Shown: piece by piece, positions 13,732-23,067 of the stretch
How the letters are laid out: the number at the start of each line of letters is the position of its first letter
Numbering within the stretch: position 1 is the stretch's first letter
NCBI GenBank assembly: GCA_053919585.1
Contig: CM132795.1
DNA: 64,000 nt
Source of the DNA: Euprymna scolopes
Lineage: Eukaryota
Strand: one strand, 5' to 3'
Program-made: the position numbers and the translations under genes
The notes under the pieces: generated by a model
Told to the model about the DNA's origin: nothing
What the model saw: only the letters and a program-made list of their open reading frames with translations
The model's database searches: none

Positions 13732-13868
13732 CATTAAACCAAGAAGATCTACATGTATTTTTTCAGATGCAAGGTGACTAGCATTCCAGGAAATAGAGAC
13801 GTCATTTCCAATAATCCATTCAGCTGGATTAGCACGAATTACCTGAGGGATTGTTTTGGCAAGATTTA
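13732..13868 (-). CDS. Coding exon of the SUSD2/Mesh-like gene (post-IPT region)
   Basis: Acceptor tttctttcatttcag and donor gtaagt. 137 bp, phase 1-0, in frame with the previous exon: VNLAKTIPQVIRANPAEWIIGNDVSISWNASHLASEKIHVDLLGLM, resembling the SUSD2 ...LTW..L....I.I.LWGY segment. Absent from the ORF track. Confidence 0.85.
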
Positions 13869-13889
13869 CTGAAATGAAAGAAATAGAAA

Positions 13890-14176
13890 TCTATATATTA
13901 ATACGATCGCTCATGTTATTCTGTGAGTCACAATTACGTCTTTTTTCTTCTGCATGACTGTCATTTTATCAAGAATTCTTTATAAGTTTCGGTTTCGATT
14001 ATATTTGATGCACTCAAGTCATTTGGATATATCATTTTTATTTTTGAAATCACAACTTTATAATATATAAGAATCAATAGAAAATTGACTGTAATAATAT
14101 ATACAAAATCTGCATAAAACAAAATATCATATTCAAGTGTATTTTATGGCCAGGCTATGACGGGCGTGCCTGCTAG
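13890..14176 (+). mobile_element. Non-autonomous Helitron-like element
   Basis: A|TCTATATATTAATA 5' end, GC-rich subterminal segment, then CTAG|T 3' end. Same family as 35818-36339 (opposite strand). Confidence 0.7.
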
Positions 14177-14299
14177 TTAGAAAATCAGAAATACTGAATG
14201 CAAAATATGAAAAGCTCTAAAAGAATTTTACAAAATAAAAAAATATTCAATGAATTTGAATGCTTGTATGTTTTTGTTGTTTTTTTGTTTTTTTTAATA

Positions 14300-14820
14300 T
14301 TTTCCATCCAAACAAGGTATATTGCCACTTTGAATATAAGAGGCTACTATTTGAGCTCATGTCTCACAGGGAATCGTGGAAAGTTGGGTAGTGAGTTGAT
14401 TGTTCACATTACATTTAAACTTCTACATGTTAGTACAGTCAGGGAAGCAAGAAACATGGATAGAAGTGTAAAGTTTAGCAGTTTGAGGGAAAAATCATTA
14501 GAGCAAAAGGCTTCCTGACATCTAGGGATCTCAACAGTGAAGGCGTGGGATTTTGCTTGTTGGGTTGAGAGTATTTATGTTGAGGAAACAAGTGCTATGA
14601 GTTTCTTGGAGTATATTCCATTAAAGGGTTTGTAAAATAGTCGTAGAGGGGTAAGATTGAGATGATGGAACAGAGGTTGGAGCTTGATGAAAATAGTACG
14701 AGATCTATTACTGTTCAGATTTGGGGGGGGGGCATGTCTCAGAGTGAGAGACTAGTGGTAGATGCGCCAGCTCAGATGTGGCAACAATACTTCATACATG
14801 GGCGAATGGTTGCTTTATAT
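14300..14820 (-). mobile_element. CR1-like LINE 3' fragment
   Basis: The minus strand reads YKATIRPCMKYCCHI*AG, followed by the family 3' tail also seen at 18245-18580. Confidence 0.75.
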
Positions 14821-15373
14821 AACTATTTTTTGATTATTTAATATCGAAGCACAATTGATTTATTTTAAACAAGTAGTTCAACAACAGCTGCTATTTCATC
14901 CATAGCTGGATAGAGATATTGTATGAATTCATACCTTTCCTAACAGTAAAAATCTGTAAATGATAGCAATAAGTCTAATTGGATTTGATTACAGCAAAGC
15001 GGATTCCTTAATCCATAAAAGTATTCATAAGAATATTATGAATTATTGCTCTAGACAAGGCATGAAGCCACTTGATCTAAGGAGCTAAAAAAAATAGTGC
15101 TTCAAGGTTAAAAACTTGCCAACCATAAGTGCTAGAGGACCTAGAAAATGGTAATTCTTCCATCTTTGTCAGAAACATCACTCGTGGAATACGAGGAGTA
15201 AAGGACAAAATAAGGAAAACAAATTATTTAATTAATAATTTATTACACGCCTTCAATATCTGATGAGGATTCTTGCTAATAAACTTTTTTGTTTTTAATA
15301 TGAAGAGTTCAGCAGCGACTCTTCCTTACTGTGGTTGGGGTGAGGGTAACATAATCATGTCAGAACTATTTAA

Positions 15374-15414
15374 TACTTGACCTTTTGGTCAAGATCAAAG
15401 TGTAGCATCTGTTC
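15374..15414 (+). ncRNA. U2 snRNA 5' fragment (stem I and branch-point recognition region) forming the head of the array
   Basis: tacttgaccttttggtcaagatcaaagtgtagcatctgttc versus invertebrate U2 TTCTCGGCCTT(T/A)TGGCTAAGATCAAAGTGTAGTATCTGTTC. Similarity stops exactly before U2 stem IIa. Confidence 0.85.
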
Positions 15415-17463
15415 CGGCAGATGCTGCACTTAGGATAGTTTGTGCCAGTCAATGGAGGGGAAGCCCTCTATACTGGGACAATTATTATTTTTGGTAACCA
15501 GAGTGCCCCCTTTTTGCCTACTTTTAGGGGAGCTGGTTTTTACCTCACATTAAAAACGGCCTTGTGCCTAATTTGCTCAGTGGGGGAGCAAATAAATACC
15601 ATCTGTTCCGGCAGATACTGCACTTAAGATAATTTGTACCAGTCAATGGAGGGGAAACCCTCTATACTGGGACAATTATTATTTTTTGGTAACCAGAGTG
15701 ACCCCTTTTAGGGGAGCTGGTTTTTACCTCACATTAAAAACGGCCTTGTGCCTAATTTGCTCAGTGGGGGAGCAAATAAATACCATCTGTTCCGGCAGAT
15801 GCTGCAAGCTATGATTAGCTATGACTAGCAAAGACCAGATGTGGGGGCAACCCCACATGCCTGACCTTTAACCAGCTCCCATTTCCCACCTCTCGGGAGC
15901 TGGTCCCCTTTTTCCCTTCCCCCTCCCTTCACTCCTCACATTAAAAATGGCCTTGTGCCTAATTTGCTCGGTGGGGGAGCAAATAAATACCATCTGTTCC
16001 GACAGATACTGCAAGCAAAGACCATATGTGGGGGCAACTCCACATATAAGACCTTGGTCAATGTAGGGGCAACCCTTCATACCAATTATCACTATCCAGC
16101 TTCCCTACTCCCCGGGGAGTTGGTCCCCATTTCCCCTTCACTCCTCACTTTAAAAATCGGCCTTGTGCCTAATTTGCTCGGTGGGGGAGCAAATAAATAC
16201 CATCTGTTCCGACAGATACTGCAAGCTATGACTAGCTATGACTAGCAAAGACCAGATGTGGGGGCAACCCCACATGCCTGACCTTTAACCAGCTCCCATT
16301 TCCCACCTCTCGGGAGCTGGTCCCCTTTTCCCTTCCCCCTCCCTTCACTCCTCACATTAAAAATCGGCCTTGTGCCTAATTTGCTCGGTGGGGGAGCAAA
16401 TAAATACCATCTGTTCCGACAGATGCTGCACTTAAGATAATTTGTACCAGTCAATGGAGGGGAAACCCTCTATACTGGGACAATTATTATTTTTGGTAAC
16501 CAGAGTGCACCCTTTTTGCCTACTTTTAGGGGAGCTGGTTTTTACCTCACATTAAAAATGGCCTTGTGCCTAATTTGCTCAGTGGGGGAGCAAATAAATA
16601 CCATCTGTTCCGACAGATACTGCAAGCAAAGACCATATGTGGGGGCAACCCCACATATAAGACCTTGGTCAATGTAGGGGCAACCCTTCATACCAATTGT
16701 CACTATCCAGCTCCCCTACTCCCCGGGGAGTTGGTCCCCATTTCCCCTTCACTCCTCACATTAAAAATTGGCCTTGTGCCTAATTTGCTCGGTGGGGGAG
16801 CAAATAAATACTATCTGTTCCGGCAGATGCTGCAAGCTATGACTAGCTATGACTAGCTATGACTAGCAAAGACCAGATGTGGGGGCAACCCCACATGCCT
16901 GACCTTTAACCAGCTCCCATTTCCCACCTCTCGGGAGCTGGTCCCCTTTTTCCCTTCCCCCTCCCTTCACTCCTCACATTAAAAATTGGCCTTGTGCCTA
17001 ATTTGCTCGGTGGGGGAGCAAATAAATACCATCTGTTCCGGCAGATGCTGCAGGCTATGACTAGCTGTGACTAGCAGAGACCAGATGTGGGGGCAACCCC
17101 ACATGCCTGACCATTAACCAGCTCCCATTTCCCACCTCTCGGGAGCTGGTCCCCTTTTCCCCTTCCCCCTCCCTTCACTTCTCACATTAAAAATCGGCCT
17201 TGTGCCTAATTTGCTCGGTGGGGGAGCAAATAAATACCATCTGTTCTTCAGATGCTGCAAGCTATGACTAGCAAAGACCAGCTATGACTAGCAAAGACCA
17301 GATGTGGGGGCAACCCCACATGCCTGCCCTTTAACCAGCTCCCATTTCCCACCTCTCGGGAGCTGGTCCCCTTTTTCCCTTCCCCCTCCCTTCACTCCTC
17401 ACATTAAAAATCGGCCTTGTGCCTAGTTTGCTCGGTGGGGGAGCAAATAAATACCATCTGTTC
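15415..17463 (+). repeat. Aperiodic tandem array of ten 184-218-bp cassettes (types A A' B C B A C B B B') with a shared ~80-bp constant segment
   Basis: Units end at 15608, 15792, 15999, 16209, 16416, 16610, 16820, 17038, 17246 and 17463. Constant part: ctcacattaaaaa..ggccttgtgcctaatttgctc(a/g)gtgggggagcaaataaatac-catctgttc-c(g/a)..cagat(g/a)ctgca. Confidence 0.95.
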
Positions 17464-17612
17464 TTCAGATGCTGCACTTCCATTTCTTGTTCTCTTTCGG
17501 TGAAGGAGCAGTCCTTTACGACTGAGACAATTTTTTATTTTTGTACCTTTTCTCCACAATAAAAAACGACCCTGGTGTCTAACTATGTCCCGTGGGGGGC
17601 ATTGTAAATAGA
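17464..17612 (+). mobile_element. Terminal cassette D, the body of the U2-headed host element
   Basis: Colinear with 49402-49545, which follows a U2 head directly with no array. Confidence 0.8.
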
Positions 17613-18124
17613 TATAATAACAAAACTCTGGTAAAAAGATGTCAACATAAGGATCTGTTGCCTCTTGCTTCTCTTTATCCATTTCTTTATTACATGAGAT
17701 TGGGTCATAAACTGGATAACTACCCATTTTCAATTTCATATTTGTTAAATACAAAGGCAGATTATGGCTTTGGTGTGTTGGTTTGAGTTATGTCAAGGTT
17801 ACTCTATCATGTTCACCAATATATTTAGAAAAAGTATTAATCCATATATCCTCTCTGTAACCGTAAATTAAATAGTAGGGTAAACTAAACTCTCAAGCCT
17901 TGGTTGTGCAACTTGTCGAGGAATAGGAAAACTTTGAAATAACATTAGTCTTTCTTTGCTTATTCTAGGATTGTTTCCAGTCATTCTGAACTTCTGGCAC
18001 TGAATTGAAGCATTGGCAGTCGTGGAAAGATACAAGTGCAGATTGTAGAATCCTTGTTTTAATAGATTCTCTGCATGGAAGGAGTATCCATTATTTTCAG
18101 GGATAAAAAATAGGCCTATAAATA

Positions 18125-18945
18125 GTAATACAGATGTTTTTTTTTTATTTTGCAACCTTAAGTATTGACTTAATTGTTTCGACGGACAGAAAATTTGTCT
18201 GCTTCACCAGACAGCAAAAGTCAAAATGAGAAGGGGAAGAAAAAATGGTGAATGCTCTGACGAACTGCAGACACTTATGCCCCCACGACGCATGCATCCT
18301 CGACAAACCCGACAGGCAGCTAAATCCCACCCCCACATAGTAGAGATCCCTAGATGTAAAAGATCTTTCTACTTCAGTAGTTTCTTCCCCAGAACCGCTA
18401 GACTCTGGAATTCCATTCCAGGTCCCTGTTTCCCTAACTGTACTGACATGCAAAAGTTCAAGTGTAATGTGAACCGACATCTTGCTGCCCAAATCCCAAC
18501 ATAGTGCCCCAGTAGTTGCTGCCCCTGATAGTAGCCCCCTAAACCAAAGTGGCAATGTGCATTGTTTGGGGTGAAAATTTAATTAAAAAAAAATATATAT
18601 ATATTATTTGTAAGGTTACAAGTGGATAATAACAAAATAAGAGAAATATAGAGAAAGAAAAAAAAGAAAAAAAGGGGAGATAGAGAGAAAGAAAGAAGCA
18701 TACATTTGCATTATTTTTAGTTAATTTTAACAATGCATTTTTTTCTTTTTCTCTTTTTTTCTCTCTATATTTCTCTTATTTTGTTAATATCCACTCTTAG
18801 CCCTAAAAATCTTATTTTCTTCCGTTTCTCGTTTTGACTTTTGCCGTCTGACGAAGCAGACAGTAAATTTTCTGTCTGTGGAAACAATTGTAATCGATTA
18901 AGTCAATACTTGGTTGTAAAATAAAGAACATATTTAGCTCTACTA
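18125..18945. mobile_element. Penelope-like inverted-end remnant with hammerhead-like cores and a nested LINE fragment
   Basis: 18125-18241 is the inverted copy of 18815-18945. An inner inverted pair lies at 18620-18670 / 18740-18795. CTGACGA-A-stem-GAAAC-AATT-GTA at 18848-18892. Confidence 0.6.
18245..18580 (+). mobile_element. CR1-like LINE 3' end (best-preserved copy of the family)
   Basis: GECSDELQTLMPP...TRQAAKSHPHIVEIPRCKRSFYFSSFFPRTARLWNSIPGPCFP...MQKFKCNVNRHL stop, then 3' UTR ending gggtgaaaa. Confidence 0.85.
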
Positions 18946-19291
18946 CTGTTTTTTTACCATTTCTACTTCTGAATATATATATATATATATATATATGCAT
19001 ACATACACACACACATACTTGTTTTTGTATTTTAAGGGAGGTTATCAACACTGTTGGGAAGCATGATATAAAATAATGTTTTGTTTTTAAATATTCAAAG
19101 CAATTTTTCATGGTAAACAACTGATAATCCATAAAAAAAAATATTAAGACTAGCATGAATTCTTGGAAGAAAATTGATACAATCATTGCAAGAGATTAAT
19201 AAACTTACAACCGAATGAGTTTTCCAATGAAGGATGTAGGATCAAAAGGTTTTTTTTTAATATTTTTATTGAGGTTTTAAAAATTTCCAAG

Positions 19292-19345
<54 letters not shown>

Positions 19346-19361
19346 AAACGCACACACACAA

Positions 19362-19618
19362 ACACGACAAGCAGCTAAATCCCACCCCACAAAATAGCGA
19401 TCCCTAGATGTAAGAAAGCCTTCTACTCCAATAGTTTCTTCCTCAGAAATGCTAGACTTTGGAACTCCTTTCCGGGATTCTGCTTTCCCAACTGTACTGA
19501 CATGCAGAAGTTCAAGTGTAATGCTAACAGACTTCCTTCATAATGCCCTCGCAACTTATGTTCCCGATAGTAGCCCCCTACTTCAAAGTGGTACTGTGCC
19601 TTGCTTGGGGTGAAAATT
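19362..19618 (+). mobile_element. CR1-like LINE 3' end fragment
   Basis: Close match to 18305-18580. Confidence 0.8.
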
Positions 19619-19781
19619 GAATATATATATAAATATAAATCCCCAAAACAGCGTTTCATAGTAAACTGATGATCCCTTTAAGAACATAGGTATTATTGTT
19701 TGTTCATGTAAATAAAACTATTCAGCAAGACAACAAAATAATGTTCCAATGACGGAAAAATTTGTTTTTTATAGTTTTAAA

Positions 19782-19843
<62 letters not shown>

Positions 19844-20093
19844 CTTGGGTGCCATCAGTTATAATCGAAACCAAAGTTTTTTTTCCCCCTTAATCCATGG
19901 ATTTTCAATGAATGGCTCATCTCATCGGGGAAAATGTTATTAGCAAAATAGATGTGGGTAATTATGAATTTTGCTTATTAGCACATAATTTTATCCGTTT
20001 GGAATTGTTTATAAATATTTATACCAATATTTGTTTGGACTTTAGGTTTACAGTTTTATACAATATGTAATCCTATAGCATTTCAGTACTTCA

Positions 20094-20142
<49 letters not shown>

Positions 20143-20384
20143 CAAACATTGTTAAAAATACCAGAAGTCTTTGGCTAATTATACATATTTTATGTTTTCG
20201 ATTTTTTTTCTAAGAATTTCTTTTGTAAAAAAATGTATGTTTCTAATGCTTCACAAACTTTTTCGATTCAGCATCAAATCATCATCAGATGAAAAATTTG
20301 GATGCAGGAAATCAAACATCAACAGAACGTTTTCACATTGTTCCAGGAAAGATGCTAACAATTTAAATTCCATGCTGCCAGAAT

Positions 20385-20463
<79 letters not shown>

Positions 20464-20944
20464 GCAAGTGAGGTGTACAAATTTTAATTTTATGCATATT
20501 TGTTTTTTACATCCATTATCAATCTTTTCTTTCTGAAAACAGAGAATATTTCTATATTTGTTTTTTCCAGAAAAGTTAATCATGAACAATTCTTCTGTGT
20601 TTTGAGCTAAACTTCCTTAGCTTTGTATGCAAACTATGGGATGTGCTGTGCTATGTATGAGGAATGGACCTACAATTTTGCATAAATAGCTATGCTCAGC
20701 AAGGTGGGTTTCTATATAGGCAGATTGGACAATTTTGAGCACAACTTTACAGACTGTTTGCTCAACAACAAGCGTCGACTCTTGAAATCTCAAAACATCT
20801 GACTTGAAAGTATCAAATTTGCTCTGAATTCAACCTTTCAATTCCACAGTGGTGAAATTCTCTTACTTTTTCTTTTGAAAAATAATTCTGCTCTCCAAAA
20901 ATTGCAGAAAATTAGTGTCCATATCAAGATATCTTATCTCTATA

Positions 20945-21298
20945 AATGAGAAGCATTCCAAAAATAATGCCTCCTATTTTTTTTCTTCCACCCAAATGGA
21001 TTAGAGGAGATTGAAAATTGCATTGTTATGATGACTGAACTTTTGCATTTTCGACTTATGTTACAGATATTGATGTGAGACTAAAAAAGCAACCCCTGTT
21101 ATGGGCGTGTGTCAGAAGCAGAGACAGGTCATTGAATTCTTGGCAAAAGTGAATCGAAAATAGTGGTGACTATACAGAAAAATGAATTCTGGAGCTCAAA
21201 AGGTCGCTTGTTTCAATGGTACCACACCTGTCTTCGTAGATCTTTAAAATTTTGAGTTAAAAATAAAAAAAAGGTTATACTTTTGGAATGATTTTTGT
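20945..21298 (+). mobile_element. Mariner-derived MITE
   Basis: Ends cattccaaaa / ttttggaatg. The internal 120 bp match the reverse complement of 37330-37460. Confidence 0.6.
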
Positions 21299-22932
21299 AA
21301 AAAAGAAAATTATTTGACTGTTTGTGCGACCGCTTTACAAGTTATAACTTAATTACAAAATCAGTTTCATCATAAATTATTGTTTTCTTGTAAACATTTT
21401 AATCGCTTGTTAATGGTTGAAAATTAAAAAAAATAAAAGAATCATTGTGTGACCGCTTAAAATGTTGAATGAATTTTGAAGCATTTAAACTGTCAAATAG
21501 AAAGTCATTTCCGTTCGGAAAATTCTTAGCATTAAAAGATTGAATGGTGTGAAAACTATTCGCAAAGAATAATTTTTTAAATATTATTTAAAACAACATT
21601 TTCTTAACAAATTAGTTATAATTTACTAACAATCTCATTAATTTTATGACAAGCAATACTGTGATTAATAAATTTATCTTTTAAAATCCAAATAAAATAA
21701 TTTAGCCAAAAAAATGCTTTTGAATTCCTCCATTAATATCCTCCATGTCTCTTTTCATCCTCAACAAATAAACTGGACTCCAGGGTAAAACATCAGAATA
21801 GATTAGAAGTCATGAATTCATAAACAAAACAATAAAAATAATTTAAACCAAATGCAGTATTATTAAATTCTCTACCAACCTGCATACTTTTAATGTGTGG
21901 AAACTGTTTGCGTGATTTTTTATTTCGGATTTTTATTTTGATGAAAGCTGTCTTATTAACACATGATAACCAAAATAATGGCAGAGATGATTGACATGCT
22001 AAAAGGATAGTAAAAAAAAAAAGAAGTTTATGTACTCTACCACTAACTATAAGCCCAAGTGGCTACAACCCAAAAATCCCCCATAAAACTATTCATTTTA
22101 ATTTGTTGAAGTTAAATGATCATTTCAGCTGCCATTGTTTTTTTTTTTTTGTGCCAGTTTTATGATTCTGAATTTTTTTAGACATAATTATATTATAAAA
22201 TACTAGATAAAATCCAAATTCAAAGTGAGTTTTCCGAAGTTTGAAAGTTCAATCCTCAGCATGGACAATACTTAGAATAGAATTGCGAATTACTTAAGAC
22301 TTACAAAATAAGAGCATACTACTCTTGCGGATTAAATAAACGATTCCATTCGGATTCCGGAGTTTGACAGAAAGATTCCCACATTTGAAAAGATACATTT
22401 GAAGTTCAGAGGTTACATCAGCTGAAATATTGTAAAAATAACACTCAAGATGAGAATAGTAGTTTGAGTAATCCAAATAATGAGATTGTTTTTTGTCAAA
22501 ATAAAATTCTGAAATCAAAAAAAAAAAAATCTTAACGTTTCCACACATTAAAAGTACACGAGTCAGTAGAGAATTAAATTCTACTTTTGTTTTTAGTTGT
22601 TTGTTTTTTAGATTTTATTTACGAGTTGTCAACTGTTAACTCTTTTTGACTTTACCTGGATTCCAGTTTCCATCAAGACATGCCAGTGGTGACACTTGTG
22701 AAACAAGAATCCCAGGCAAAAATCAGTGTCACTTAAAAATCTGTCAAAAACTTAGTTAATTGAATGGAAAACTAATTTGTTTTTAGAAATCTCTATATAA
22801 AGCCACTTCATGTAAGAAACTAAAAAACAGAAAAAATACTACTTAAAGGTCAAAAACTAAAAAAAAAAAAAAAAAACCCAGAAAAATACTACTTCAAGGT
22901 AAAAAAAAACAAAAAAAAAAAACCAGAAAAAT

Positions 22933-23067
22933 NNNNNNNNNNNNNNNNNNNNNNNNNNNNNNNNNNNNNNNNNNNNNNNNNNNNNNNNNNNNNNNNNNNN
23001 NNNNNNNNNNNNNNNNNNNNNNNNNNNNNNNNNNNNNNNNNNNNNNNNNNNNNNNNNNNNNNNNNNN
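22933..23067. other. Assembly gap (135 N)
   Basis: N run; aaggtcaaaaacta occurs on both sides. Confidence 0.99.

Noticed and set aside
15374-15600. Functional U2 snRNA gene
   Set aside because: Homology ends after about nt 46, the branch-point motif is mutated (GTAGCA), and stems IIa and IV are not U2 sequence.
15442-16856. ORFs within the array (e.g. MPNLLGGGANKYHLFRQ...)
   Set aside because: Short non-ATG frames produced by the repeated cassettes, with frames not conserved between units.
15415-17463. True CRISPR array
   Set aside because: Eukaryotic intron, no cas genes, an ~80-bp constant part, and variable parts of >100 bp that recur as three related types. The resemblance is architectural only.
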